Source: the human T2T-CHM13v2.0 reference genome, Homo sapiens. Taken from it: a stretch of 64,000 bases of DNA. The notes under the pieces were generated by a model. The model did not search any database. It had not been told where the DNA came from and was given only the letters and a program-made list of their open reading frames with translations. Every line of letters begins with the position of its first letter. The stretch's first letter is position 1. The stretch lies in the NCBI RefSeq assembly GCF_009914755.1, contig NC_060929.1. One strand, written 5' to 3'. Positions 1 through 13,629 of this stretch are shown piece by piece. A program made the position numbers and the translations under genes.

Positions 1-176
1 GGGAAGCATATCCTTAAGAGATTCACAGATTTTGAAATTGGGAGTCACATCTTTATTAGGCAGCCACCCAAGGAAGCCTTATGGGAAAAAAGGCTTTAAA
101 AGTTGGGATTTTCTAATGTTTATAATCTTGCATTGGAAGGCTATTTTACCTTTTATTCTTTACATAAAGAAAAATA

Positions 177-315
177 GGCTGGGTGTGGTGGCTCATGTCT
201 GTAACCCCAACACTTTGGGAGGTCGAGGCAGGAGGATCACCTGAGGCCAGGAGTTCAAGGCCAGCCTGGGCAACATCACAAGACCCTGTCTCTACAAAAA
301 TATTTAAAAGAAAAA
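177..315 (+). mobile_element. Alu monomer (FLAM / left arm only)
   Basis: GGCTGGGTGTGGTGGCTCATGTCTGTAACCCCAACACTTTGGGAGG...GACCCTGTCTCTACAAAAA, with no right arm. Confidence 0.9.
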
Positions 316-909
316 TGCATTCTCACTGTAGAAATTTTAGAAAATACAGAGTATTTATACTTTTGGAAGTTTGTACTAGTAGTAGTAGTACTCCTAAAAG
401 CATGAAGAAGAAAATAACTTGTATTCATCACCCCTTCATGGAAACAAAACCATGGAATATACAATTTTTTCTTCATTATAATAGAGATTGTGTTGTTTTT
501 AACCACCTGTGTCCCAATTTTCTCACTTAACACCATATCATAAACTTTTTCAATATATAAAGGGATTGGTCTTTTTCATTTACATAAGTGAGCTTTGTTT
601 ATACGTCTGATAACTTACGATGCTAAATGACAAAGAGTGTTATCAAGAAAATCCAGAGTTCCCACACTGGTATCAAAAGCTAGAGCCAAAAAAGGCTGCT
701 ATATTTTGATACCAACGCCAGATGGGACAAGTGTAGAAAACAACAGTTACATCTCTGTATTGATCTGTGTCTTGCAATAATCTGTCCATGTTCTAGAAAC
801 TCCTACTCAATAATACAATAAGTGTATTGTACTTATTACCAAACTCAATAATACAATAAGTGAAGCTCTTTTAAATAGTCTCTTTTAGTTTGAGCTATCA
901 TACCTATAC

Positions 910-910
<1 letters not shown>

Positions 911-958
<48 letters not shown>
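911..958. repeat. (TAGA)12 tetranucleotide microsatellite
   Basis: 12 perfect TAGA units read directly. Confidence 0.97.
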
Positions 959-959
<1 letters not shown>

Positions 960-988
960 GTACCCAATAAAGATACAATATATATATA

Positions 989-1306
989 TTTTTTAGACAG
1001 AGTCTTGCTCTGTGTCCCAGCCTGGAGTGCAGTGGCACGATCTTGGCTCACTGCAACCTCCGCCTCACAAGTTCAAGTGATTCTCCAGCCTCAGCCTCCC
1101 CAGTAGCTGGGACTATAGGTATGCGCCATCACACCTGGCTATGGTTTTGTTTTTGGTATTTTTTGTTTTTGTTTTTTGGTATTTTCAGTAGATATGGAGT
1201 TTTGCCACATTGGCCAGGCTGGTCTCGAACTCCTGACCTCAGACGATCAGCCCTCCTTGGCCTCCCAAAGTGCTGGGATTACACGTGTGAGCCACTGAGC
1301 CCGGCT
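989..1306 (-). mobile_element. AluS-type element with expanded middle linker
   Basis: Reverse Alu dimer from TTTTTTAGACAGAGTCTTGCTC to GAGCCACTGAGCCCGGC; linker carries a duplicated TTTTTGGTATTTT. Confidence 0.95.
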
Positions 1307-1574
1307 TCAATTTTGAATCCTATTTTTTTCCAAAATGAAAGTATATTAACTTTGTTGGGTTTTGTTTTTGGATTATAAAAGCAATGTATGCTCTGTGTTG
1401 AAGAAATAGTAATGGAATAGACTGGATCAACTGAATAAAGTAAAATAATAGAAAATACAAACATGTTTTAAAAAAAAAAAGATCACTAGTAATCCAAACA
1501 TCCGAAGATAAACACTGCTAACATTTTTGTACATGGCAAAATAATATCATCTCTTTAGCTAACTTACTAAGAGA

Positions 1575-1745
1575 GTAGAGAGTAGTGGTTAAGAGCAAAG
1601 ATTCTGGTGTCAGCCCGCCTGGATTCAAATCCCAGCTCTACCATTCTGTGATCTTAGCCAAGCTACTTCACCACTCTGCACCTCAGCCTACAGGGCATTA
1701 AATGAGTTAACACAAGCAATTAGAATATATCAGTTAGGAACTATT
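1575..1745 (+). mobile_element. MIR SINE
   Basis: GTAGTGGTTAAGAGC...CCTGGATTCAAATCCCAGCTCTACC...TGTGATCTTAG...CTCTGCACCTCAG core. Confidence 0.8.
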
Positions 1746-2154
1746 ATTTACGTTAAGCAAATATATCCTTACTGACTTGGGAGATAGCATAAAAGGACAA
1801 TCCAAATCATGTGAGCAATTCTGCCCATCCTTCCAACTCAATGAGCATATGCCTTGAATGAATGTGAAATAGGAGATACAAATCTGCAGTTCCTCCAGTA
1901 GGACTGTTCCCAGCTACTTCTGTGGGGGAATCTCATGTTTAAAGATAAGAATTTTTTCTACAACATGGCCTCTAAACACAAGCCAACTACTTCATCTGGC
2001 ATCTCAGCTGAAGAAACAACGCTCCATTCCAGTGATAGGGAAGACAGTGCCATATTGTTCTCCAATGTGGGACATTCTTAAGAGATTTTCAAGAGTCAAG
2101 GTATCTATATGTAATTTTGCTTTAAATTCTGATATCTAAGGTGTCATTCTACCA

Positions 2155-2246
2155 TATATCTGTATTCATTCCCTATTGTTGCAGTATATCTGTATTCATT
2201 TCCTATTGTCGCAGTATATCTGTATTCATTCCCTATTGTCGCAGTA
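2155..2246. repeat. 30-bp tandem repeat x3 across an LTR boundary
   Basis: TATATCTGTATTCATTCCCTATTGTCGCAG at 2155, 2185 and 2215, with 1-2 mismatches between units. Confidence 0.95.
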
Positions 2247-2705
2247 ATAAATTAGCACAAACTTGGGGGCTTAAAACAACACAAACGTATTCTCTCACAG
2301 TTCGGGAGGCCAGAAGTCCAACATTAGTTTCACTGGGCCAAAATCAAGGTATCAGTGGGGTAGCACATCCTCTGGTGACTCCTAGGAATAATCAATTCCT
2401 TGATTCTTCCAGTTTTTGGTGGCTGCCAGCATTCCTTGGCTTGTAGCTGCATCCCCCTAATCTCTGCCTCTGTGGCAACATTGCTTTCTCTCCTTTTGTC
2501 TGTATCAAATCTCCCTCTGACTCTCTCTTATAAGGACACTTCCAATTATATTTAGGACCCACCCAGATAATCCAGGATAATCCCCCCATGTCAAGATCTT
2601 TAACTTATTCACATCTGCAAAATACCCTTTGCCATGTAAGGTAACAGTAAACATTTTGGGAATTAGAATAGGAACATATTTGGGGCCATTCTTTAACATA
2701 CCAAA
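2161..2705 (-). mobile_element. MLT1C/D-like MaLR solo LTR
   Basis: GGCTTAAAACAACACAAA...TCTCACAGTTCGGGAGGCCAGAAGTCC...GGGGCCATTCTTTAACATACCA; 5-bp TSD ATATC on both sides. Confidence 0.85.
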
Positions 2706-4181
2706 ATATCCATTAAAATTTTTCATGTGCATTGGGGGTGGGGAGATGGTAGGAAAGGAAGGAGGGAGAGAGAATGAGTGAGAGAGAAATTTCATGGGTG
2801 ACACCAAAACTGTGTTTTGATTTGGGTGCCATTGAGCCAACACAGCCATGTTCCTAGGTACAGACCAATCTCCAGAGAAGAGAAATCAGTTGCTACTCAA
2901 CAGGCTTTATAATCTGCTTTGAACACACCAGGTGGATCTTAAATTACAATATTTCCCAAGCTTTAGCTTAACAAAGCAAGTTCTAGCTCCCCATCCTCTC
3001 CATGTGTTGTTTTCAGTAAATACACATTTGGTCTCGTGTGAAGAAAGAGGATTTCTCAAGCCCTGTTTCAGGATCCATATACTGTAACCCATTTGTCTGA
3101 TTCCACCACCCCCACCCCACCCTAACTAGTTTTTCAAATGCTTTCAGGAACAATTAGTTTTGCTAACACATGAAATCCAAATGTCCAATTTTTGTAATAA
3201 GATTAAAATCAGCCAGTAGAAGCCAGAAACTGCCTTTCATCAAAACACAAGAATTGTATGTCTCTATGCATATTGTCAAATTTTCTCAAAAAGGAAATGG
3301 AAAGGTAGAAAACTGACTCTCGTTCATATGATAATCAACCCATTTTTTGTTTCTCTCTCTATTAAAAGGAATAGATGCATAAGAACTGGTGCTGAACAAG
3401 TAAAACAATAGTAATACTACATCTGGAAGATTCTATTCAGAATACGTGCATGGAGAAAATCAAAAGGTGCTAAAATCTCCAGATTAATAGAAGCAGTATT
3501 CCAGTTAGAAAAAGTTTAGGTTATAGCCCTAATTTTCTTTTACTGGTATGAATAATAATGTGATTGAATACAGATCTTGCAAAATTTATGAATTAGATTC
3601 ATTTGACTTCAGAATGCATTATTTTGGAAGCAGCTAGATCAAGGTCAAGACTACATATAGATACTGGACAGAGGAAAAGAGATGGTTGTATACGTGTAGC
3701 CAGAGTTACTCCTGAGAAGCCTACTGCAGTAACCACAATAAAAACCATCATCAGAAAACAGAAAAGCTCTTTGAGAAGCAAAGTTGTGCGGTGAAATGAG
3801 GCTGAGAATTCAAAGTCTTAGGCTCCAGGTTCTGGCCTAAGAACTACGCTTTTCTACTAAAAAGTTGCTTCACAGTTACATAGAGGGGCTTCAGGACTAT
3901 TCCAGCCAGCTTCATGTAATGCGTCGAGGGAAAAAGTTTGGGAACCACAAAACCCAAGACAATTATGGAGAACTATATTTAGATCAAATGTGTACACACA
4001 CACACATTTCTCATCTCAGAAATAGAAAACCCTGATGTACAATGTTTACATATTTTTCAATTACTGTCCCATCTACCTTTATGAAGGCATAATTCAGCAA
4101 AATTAATTAGATCAAAATTATTCTTTGACTTCTATAAATTGCCACTTATATTGGAAGAATAGGCAATTTTCTATTCCAAAG

Positions 4182-4661
4182 TGTTTTTTGTTATCTATTG
4201 CTGCATAACAAACCACATAATGGCTTAAAACAATACTAATTTATTATTTCTCATGATTCTGTGGGTAGACTGGGTGGTTTTTCTGCTCTGTGTGGTGTCA
4301 ACCACAGTGTTGGGATAGCTGGGAGATACAAAACAATATCACTCAGATGGCTGGCATTTGATACAGGCTGCTAGCTGGGAGCTTAGAAGTTGGTCGGGGG
4401 CTTCAGTTCTCTATGTGGTCCTATATATATAGCGGTCTGGGCTTCCTCACAGCATGGCAGTCAGGCTCAGGAGAAAGCATTCCAAGTGTGTAATATGAGA
4501 AGCTGCAGATCTCTTAAGGCCCAGCCTCTGCAGTTACAGTGTCACCTCCACCACATTCTATTTGTCAAAACAAGTTACAGAAGCAGCCCAGATTCAAGAG
4601 GAGAGGTGGAAAACCATGTTTCTCAATGGGAAGAGTGTCAAAGAATTTGTGGCCACCCACC
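4182..4661 (-). mobile_element. MLT1 (G/H-like) MaLR LTR
   Basis: TATCTATTGCTGCATAACAAACCAC...GGCTTAAAACAA...CCAGATTCAAG...GTCAAAGAATTTGTGGCC. Confidence 0.75.
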
Positions 4662-5829
4662 AGACCAAAGCCAATGAGTTAATAGTATTGGATATCCTTA
4701 GGCTATAAAGAGCCTGAGCTACAGAAAATTACTGAGCCAGTTTCAAACTTACAACTGCTTTCTCCAGACTTTCTGTTACATAACAGAATTAAGAGTACTC
4801 ATTGCTAAAGATACTGTTGGGTGGGTGTTTTGTTACTTGCAGCCAAATGGATCCTAAATAATAAAGTACTTCACTTTCATCACCAAATTTCAGCAGGAAG
4901 GCTGTGCTAGGATGACTTAGCTAACAGATCAGAGTGAGAGAATTTGAGTGAATTTCTCCTGAACAAATATGAGACAGTTTTCTAGGGACTCTCAGAAGCA
5001 TGGCCAAGTTCTTGTACAGATAGTTGAGACTCAAAGTCATCACAATCTGGATCTAATATAAATATGATTTTAATTGGACTCACAGGCTGGTGAGTTGCAG
5101 AGGGCAGACATTGACAGTCAGATCTCCTACAATGACTAGCTGATTATACCTAATCAAGTTGTCTTAGTGCCACTCAAAGTGCCAATCTGCAATGAAATAA
5201 GAAGATTGCACCAGAATGTAAACCAACACACTGCTTCCTTCATTGAGAAGTCTTGCCAAAAAAAAAAAAAAAAAAAAAAAAAGTAAGCTGAACTAAACAG
5301 CATGCTTAGTGATACAGTTGAATTACACTCAGGCACAAGTTCCTTATCTCCTCTCTCTTTGCTAACTGGTAACAAACAGTTTGCGGACCTATAGTTGTTC
5401 TACAAACCACACAGGCTAATTAATGGGTTATAAAGGTCAGGCAACAGGCTAGACTACATACGATAATTTACAAGGAAAGAAATCCCATGATTCTACTCTG
5501 AAACCCACTCCAGTGATTCACAGCAAAGGACTTCTTTTCATTTAAATGTGCTGGCTACCAAATTATGAAATTTTGTTGAATAATATTGAATCAGTGTATT
5601 TGTAGATATCATTCCCCACATTTTTTTAAAGTCTATGTCTAATTTAACTATTTAACTAATTTGAAATTTGTTCACAAATGAGAAAGTGGTAACTGTCTAG
5701 CCAAGCAGATGGCTGTAAGTAAGGAAATTTTCTGTTCCATGTGGCTTCCGATTAGATTTTTCATCTATACCCAATATAGCACAGTTCTCTTTCAGGAGGT
5801 TAAAAAAAATTACTAAATATCTATCTAAG

Positions 5830-6270
5830 GTTTCTTTAGGAACTGTATTCTATTCAGTAATAGAAAGCTGAAGAGGAAAAAAAGAAAAAAAATAACAGTG
5901 GCTAAACAAATGAAGCATTTTGTTTTTCTCACATGAAAGATTTCTGGAGTTAGATGGTTCCAGGTTAGCACAGTGGCTCCATGAGGCCATCAGGTCCCAG
6001 GCCTTTTGTTTTTCTGCTTGGCCATCCTTGGCTGTTGCTCTGTGGTCTCAAGTTAGCTGCCTTACTGCCAGCATCATAGTCATCTTCCAGGCCAGAAGAA
6101 AGGAAAGGACAAAGGGCAAAAAACACACATGGTAGCTAAATCTGACGTCATTTAGAGCATGTTATTAAATGGTCCACTGAGGAGGTTCCACTTTCATATC
6201 TCCTTGGCCACAATGTTGAGACACGGCCACCCCCCATAATGAGGAAACTGAAAAATAAAAAAGTTTTTTG
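5830..6270 (-). mobile_element. Old MLT1 (J/K-like) LTR
   Basis: AACAGTGGCTAAACAAATGAAG...TTTTTCTCACATG...GCTCCATGAGGCCATCAGG pattern. Confidence 0.55.
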
Positions 6271-6279
6271 TTTATCCCT

Positions 6280-7034
6280 TGCATTAGTTTACTAGGGCTG
6301 CCATAACAAAGTACCGCAGGCTGGGCGGCTTAAGCAACAGACATTTGTTTTCTCACAATTCTGGAGGCTAGAAGTCTGAGATCAAAGGGCACCTGGGGTT
6401 GGTTTCTTCTCAGGCCTCTCTCTTTGACTTGTAGATGGCCATTTTCTCTCTGTGCCTTCACTTGGCCTCTCCTCTGTGTGTATCAGTGTCCTAATCACCT
6501 TTTCTTAAAAGGACACCAGTGATAATGGATGGGAGCCCACACGAGTGACCTCATTTACCCAAAATTACCACTTTAAAGACCCTGCGTATTAGTCTGTTTT
6601 CATGCTGCTGATAAAGACATACCCGAGAATGGACAACATAGAAAAGAAGGAGGTTTAATGGACTTACAGTTCCATGTGGCTGGGGAGGCCTCACAATCGT
6701 GGAGGAAGGTGAAAGGCACATCTCACTTGGTGGCAGACAAGAGAAGAGAGCTTGTGCAGGGAAACTCTTTTTATAAAATCATCAGATCTCAGGAGACTTA
6801 TTCACTATCACAAGAATAGCACAGGAAAGACCTGCCCCCATGATTCGGTTTCCTCCCACTGGATCCCTCCCCACAACACATGGGAATTGTGGGAGTTACA
6901 ATTCAAGATGAGATTTGGGTAGGGACACAACCAAACCAAATCACCCTGTCTCCAAATACAGTCACAATCTGAGGTACTGGGGGTGAGGACTTCAACATAA
7001 GAATAGTACAGGGACACAACTCAGCCCATAACAC
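6280..7034 (-). mobile_element. MLT1A/B-like LTR interrupted by THE1
   Basis: TGCATTAGTTTACTAGGGCTGCCATAACAAAGTACC...; resumes after 6943 as CCCTGTCTCCAAATACAGTCAC...CAGCCCATAACA. Confidence 0.85.
6585..6943 (-). mobile_element. THE1 (B-like) solo LTR nested in MLT1
   Basis: CGTATTAGTCTGTTTTCATGCTGCTGATAAAGACATACC...CCAAACCAAATCA; TSD CCCTG at 6580-6584 and 6944-6948. Confidence 0.92.
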
Positions 7035-8569
7035 CCTTCCGAGCATAATCATGGATCTGCTGGTGAGAAAGAAGGAGGACATTGATATAGGGTAGACACT
7101 GCAATGTCTGCCAAACTTACTATATTGCTTGATTTCCTTTAAACAGACAGCTTGAAAATTATACACAATCCAGTTTAGATACTTATAAACAAGATGCATG
7201 ATAAGGACTACCTAGCTATAACAAAAGGCCTGCTTATTTACTTAAGGTGTTTAATTTTTCATATATATAATAAAAGAATTCGCCCACTGCCATGAGCAAC
7301 ATTAGGAATGTTCTGGAAAATGCTAGAAGTTGTCCACTATGTGGAATAGCAATGATCACAAATAAAGGAAAATTTGCTTGAGGACCACTATTCCTAATAT
7401 TTGCCATTGTAATTCCATTTGTAATTAAGCAGGGCCAATTGTGTCCCCCTAACTTTTAGTGTCAGAAGATTTTTATTTCTCTTGATCATTATGTGAATTA
7501 AGGACAAATCCTTGATTTTGTTAGTGATATTTTTCATTTTATTTTTGTTAGATTATCTATAATATTAATGAAATGAACATGATTACTATCAAGGATTTTG
7601 TATTAATTCTTTGATTAATTCTCTGATTCCCTGGAGAGACAAAGAAAACCATCTTGGAATTCTAGTCTCAGCTCTCCAGAGTCCTTATGAACTTCAAGTG
7701 TGCTATCTACAAAATGAAATATTTTTCCCTGTATTCTTTAAGTTCCCTGCTTCTAAGGGATTCCATTGAGCCCTAAGATTTGTGCACAAATGTACATCAA
7801 TTTTGTCTAAACTGGATATTTTTCCTACAAAATGTAGAAATTTTATTGAATGTTCTTTTATTTTTCCATTGTTTTCAAAGAACTAAGATTGCAGAGGGAT
7901 CAAAATTCATCTATGTGGATAGGTTTGTAAATAACAAGGCTTGGAGGCAAATAATAAAACCAGAATAGGTGAGAAAATATATAGTTCTCCTAGAAATTAT
8001 ACTTTGAAGAGTTAATACTCACATCACCTAGTCATGCCTCTAAAATGAAGAAAGAGGATACTGCTTTGAGTATTCCAATCCTTGGATTTTAATGAGGGAG
8101 GAATTTATTCATGGAAACATGCACACAGTAAATGTGTGCCACTTGTACTTCTGAACACATCTGGCGCCAAAATAGAGGAATCTAATAGTCAGACCCACCT
8201 GCAATGTCCCCATCAACACAAAAAAGGCAAGCCACACCCATCACATTTAATAATAAATTCATTTTGCATCTGGTTTAACTGAGCTTGAAAAGGGATGCCT
8301 GTTATCAGCATATTGCGTATTCTCATTCCAGAATATTTCTCTTTCATTAAATTCTCAGGGGATTCTGTGGGTAGGGGCTGAGAATGTGGATGTCTGAATT
8401 GATTAACCCATCACTGTATATATTACAATGAAAAAAAAATGAAGAGCAGCTGGGTGAGAAGTAAGTAAATGCAGAATATCTGTGTATATGTAAATGAAAA
8501 TAAAGGGGCTTGAAGGAATATATAACAAATGGTTAATAGGACTGCGATGGCTTTGTAAGGTGCACATAA

Positions 8570-9041
8570 GCACATAAATTCAGGGACCTGCTATTTCAGT
8601 GAGGTTTCTGAGAGTCTAGTAGACTGGAACATGTCAGAATATCTCCTTGAACAGCTGCTGCACTTTGCATCCCTTTCCACCAAGAAAGAGGCACAGTGCT
8701 TAATGGACCCCTTGGGATTTAGAGACAACATATACCACATTTAAGTGTGCAGTTCCCGTCCATTTACTAAGTGATTCTTAAGGCATCCTGCTCTGAATGG
8801 AGCCAAGAGGAAAAGAAGCTCTCCAGCTGAACTCAGATTACAAGTGTCCCTTATGACTTAGCATGTCCAATAAAGTTTGAAATGTCTGTGGCCAATCTGA
8901 AAAACTACATTCAAAGATTCACTGCTCAGCCTCCTAGAATTTCACAGGAAAGCCCTGCTGTCCTTAAAAAAAAAAAATTATTTTTCTTTTCTGAGCCACA
9001 GCTTTGGGCTTGCTACTGTGCCCTAGTAGAGACATAATATC
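8570..9041 (+). pseudogene. ERVL-class internal pol remnant, part 1 (RT C-terminus/tether)
   Basis: Degenerate translation IQGPAISVRFL..., STKKEAQCL, QHIPHL, QLWACYCALVET resembles recalled HERV-L Pol (KIQGP.TSVKFLG; QLLACYWALVET); many stops and frameshifts. Confidence 0.8.
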
Positions 9042-10029
9042 TACCTGAATTCATTGCTGCTGTAACAAATTACCACGCACTTAGTGGCTGTAGTAGACTA
9101 AATAATGGCCACCCAAAGATATTAAGTCCTAATCCTAGAAGCTGTAAATGTTACCCTATAAGGAAAAAGGTCTGTACAGATGTGATTAAGTTCAAGATCT
9201 TGAGATGAGAAGATTATCTTGGATTATCTTGGTGGGCCCTGAATTCAATCACACATGTCCTCATAAGAGAGAGGCAGATGGAGATTTGATAGAAGAGAAG
9301 TACACATGGGGAGGATAATGTAAGGAAGGGCAGAGGTTGGAGTGATGTGGCCACAATCTTAAGGAATGGTAGCAGCCCCCAGAGGCTGGAAGAGGGGAGG
9401 AGTGGGTTCTCCCTTTGAGATCCCCCCAGAGGGAGGGCAGCCCTGCCTACACCTTGATTTTAGTCCAGTGACACTGATTTCAGTCTTCCAGGCTCCAGAA
9501 CTATGAGGGATACATTTCTGTTATCTTAAGCCACCACATTTGTGATAATTTATTATAGCAGCCACTGGAAACTAATGAAGTGGCTTAAAACAATGCAAAG
9601 TTACTCCCTTACTATCCTGGAAATCAGAAGTCTGAAATCAGTTTCACTGAGCCAAAGTCAGGTGACAGCAGGAGGACTGGTTCCTTCTGAGAGCTCTGAG
9701 GAGAGAATCCATTCCCTTGCCTTTTTCAGCTTCTAGTGGCTGTGGCCCTTAACTTCTAGGCCCTTCCCCTTTCTTCAAAATGCATCCGTCTAATCACTGC
9801 TGCCATCATCACATCACTTCTTCCTCTGACTCCAACTCTTCTTGTAACCTTCCTATAAGTAATGCTGTAGTTACATTGGGTCCATCCAAATAATATAGGT
9901 TAATAACCACATCTCAAGATCCTTAAATTTGTCATATACGCAATGTCCTTTTTGTCATAAAAGTGACACCCACAGATCCTAGAAATTCAGGTATAGATAT
10001 ACTTGGGGGCCATTATCCAGCCTACCATG
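9042..10029 (-). mobile_element. MLT1C/D-like LTR (outer), interrupted
   Basis: ATTGCTGCTGTAACAAATTACCACGCACTTAGTGGC|GTGGCTTAAAACAA...GGGGCCATTATCCAGCCTACCA; probable TSD ATATC at 9037-9041 and 10030-10034. Confidence 0.85.
9089..9579 (+). mobile_element. MLT1C/D-like LTR (inner, nested, opposite orientation)
   Basis: TGTAGTAGACTAAATAATGGCCACCCAAAGAT...GCAGCCACTGGAAACTAATG; TSD GTGGC at 9084-9088 and 9580-9584. Confidence 0.9.
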
Positions 10030-10037
10030 ATATCTAA

Positions 10038-10379
<342 letters not shown>

Positions 10380-10945
10380 AAACCATGGAATTTCAAATGA
10401 CTATGCAACCTGCTCTTCCCATCATGAGCTGAGTTGTTATCTGATCCAGAAAACCCTAGCATTGTGTGCAGCTGCATTCCACCCTCAAGGAAAAAAAAGT
10501 GTAGGCTCAAGCAGGTTCTGAAGACACCAGCATTTTTCATAAACATGTGGCTTACACTCTGAGGGTTCCTACTCCTGATGCAGTGCCACATCCTCCTCAC
10601 CTTACACGTAATGACCTGACAATTGCATGGGAATTTTAAAAGAATTTATGAAAGGTTCTCAGATTATTCTGCATAATATGTTGACACCTTCTGTAAGTGG
10701 GCTGCTTCACATTACAGTGCCACTTACATGGGCTATGAAGGACGATGAGGCAGATAAATTCTCTCAGTGAGCAGAACTTTTAGCAATACATGTGCTTATC
10801 CTCTTTGCTTGGAAACAGAAATGCCCAAAAGTATAGATTAGCATCCATTCATGGGCAGGGGCTACTAATTTGGTTAGTTGGTCAAGGTCTTAGAAGACAC
10901 AAGAGTGGAAAATTCATAATGAGGGCACTTGGGGAAGAGCTATGT
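10380..10945 (+). pseudogene. ERVL-class pol remnant, part 2 (RNase H)
   Basis: Degenerate [61 protein letters not shown]; compare recalled ERVL SSQWAEL.AVH, YTDSWAVANGL, WGRGMW. Confidence 0.8.
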
Positions 10946-11905
10946 AATGGTGGGGCAGATTGCATTTTTCAAAGATTGTCACACCAGCATATCCCATGCC
11001 ACATGTGCTCCTTGCAGTGTGACACTGATACTCCTCTCTTGAGAGGTGAGGTCTATGTTCCTCTCTTTGATTGTGGGCAGGTATATGACTGGGCAGGTAT
11101 ATGACATTCCTGAAGTCATGTCATGTTGAGGCAGAATAGGGTCTGGAGGCAGGGAACATAAGGCCTACTTCATGCTGAGGCTACTCCCTTTTCAACCCCT
11201 CCTTTTGCTGTGTGGCAGTTGCTGCAGGGCAGTTGGAAAATGAAGATACCTCTGATTGGTCCTCTCCCACAACCAATCAGACTGGTTGCAGGCCTACTCT
11301 TCAACCAACTGGACTTGTCATGGGTCACTAGAGTGAACCAATGGGAAACCTCCAGAGGGTATGTAAACCCCAGAAAATTCTGTAACTAGTGCCAAGCTGC
11401 TTGCTGGAGCCTGTTCCCACCCTGTGGAGTGTACTTTCGTTTAAAATAAATCTCTACTTTGGCTGCCTTCCTTGTGCGTTTTGTCCAATTCTTTGTTCAG
11501 AACTCCAAGAACCTGGACAACTACCCTCAAGCCATAACAATGTGACTTTAAAAACTAAGTCATGGAAAGTCATACAGCTTTGTTCTGATCCTCTTGGGAT
11601 GCTCACTTTGGAACCTAGTAACCATGCTGCAAGGAAGCCAAGCAGCCACAAAGAAAAGCCACATGTAGATGTTCTAGCCCCAGCACCAACTGAAGACCAA
11701 GCCTATATCAGCATCAACCTCCAGATATGTGAGTGAGCAAATCTTCAGAATAATCCAGCCCCTGACCTTCAAGTCATCCTAAGTGACACTAAGCAGAGCA
11801 GAGACCAGCTCCGTGAGACCAGCCTAAATAGCAGATTCATGAGCAAAATGAATGTTATCTTAAGCCATTAAGTTTGGGATGATTTGCTATACAGCAATAT
11901 GTACA
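10946..11905 (+). mobile_element. MLT1F/G-like LTR interrupted by MER51
   Basis: GAGAGGTGAGGTCTATGTTCCTCTC...; TTAAGCCATTAAGTTTGGGATGATTTGCTATACAGCAATA end. Confidence 0.75.
11127..11539 (+). mobile_element. MER51-like ERV1 solo LTR
   Basis: TGAGGCAGAATAGGGTCTGGAGGCAGGGAAC...AATAAA...CAAGAACCTGGACA...TAACA; 4-bp TSD ATGT at 11123-11126 and 11540-11543. Confidence 0.85.
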
Positions 11906-12895
<990 letters not shown>

Positions 12896-12914
12896 AAAAA
12901 AAAAAAAACCGATA

Positions 12915-13625
12915 AGGGGCTGAAATGGAGTAATAAGGGCCAGATTTATGCTCTCATCTGTAACAACCAAAAAAAGGACACAACGTATTTGAACAAACAG
13001 TTTGGAAGACACTAGACATCAAGCAATGAAGGACGGTGATCCTGAGAAACAGGAAACAAATGAGGTAAGCCCTACGATTGCCCCCGCTTACTGGCTTGAG
13101 TTTCCAGGCTGCAGTACAGGGAAGGAAACCTTAGGTGGAGCCAGATGGATTTCCTGAATTAAGGAGACAGAACTAAGAGTTCATCTCAGGGAGACTAAGT
13201 TGCCAGAAATCACATTAAAGTATACCAGAGAGGACAGAGCTGCACACAGAAAGAACCCCAGACATCTGCAGAGGCTCCCAACTACACATTCAGCAGAGTA
13301 ATGATCATCCCATGTGTGTAAGGAAAATACCTTAGGCCAAAGAAAGAACCATGTGAAAGGATTAGAGGGAACAGTGCCTGGCACCCACACACGGATTGAA
13401 ATAGTACCCACCAACCAGACTAGAAAACCTCATAGGCTACAGGGCATTGGGTAGAATACTTGGAATGCTCTTGCCTCAGGAGTGGAAAATAATGAATCCT
13501 AGACTAAACTTAGCAAATCCTAAAAGCAAGACCCAAAAGAATCAAACTGTGTCCCAGAAACTTACTTGTGTTGAAGAATAAAGCTCAAGAATATTCACAG
13601 AAATACAAAACTATACAAGATCTAA
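12915..13625 (+). mobile_element. Ancient L1 (L1MC/MD-type) 5' end fragment
   Basis: GACATCAAGCAATGAAGGACGGTGATCCTGAGA...AATGAGGTAAGCCCTACGATTG...AAAGCTCAAGAATATT resembles recalled L1MC 5' UTR. Confidence 0.55.
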
Positions 13626-13629
13626 CAGG

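Noticed and set aside
1043-1378. Alu-derived ORFs (also 10059, 12466, 33112, 40636, 45079, 56386)
   Set aside because: Typical translated Alu frames (e.g. [11 protein letters not shown]), not genes.
5258-5282. Orphan poly(A)25 as the tail of a processed pseudogene
   Set aside because: No canonical polyadenylation signal close upstream, no clear TSD and no recognisable coding sequence.
2156-10034. Two MLT1C/D elements share the same TSD ATATC, suggesting site-specific integration
   Set aside because: Two instances of an AT-rich 5-mer, one with an uncertain boundary; the other MaLR TSDs in the window differ (CCCTG, GTGGC, CTAAA, CCTGG, CATGG, GAGAT).
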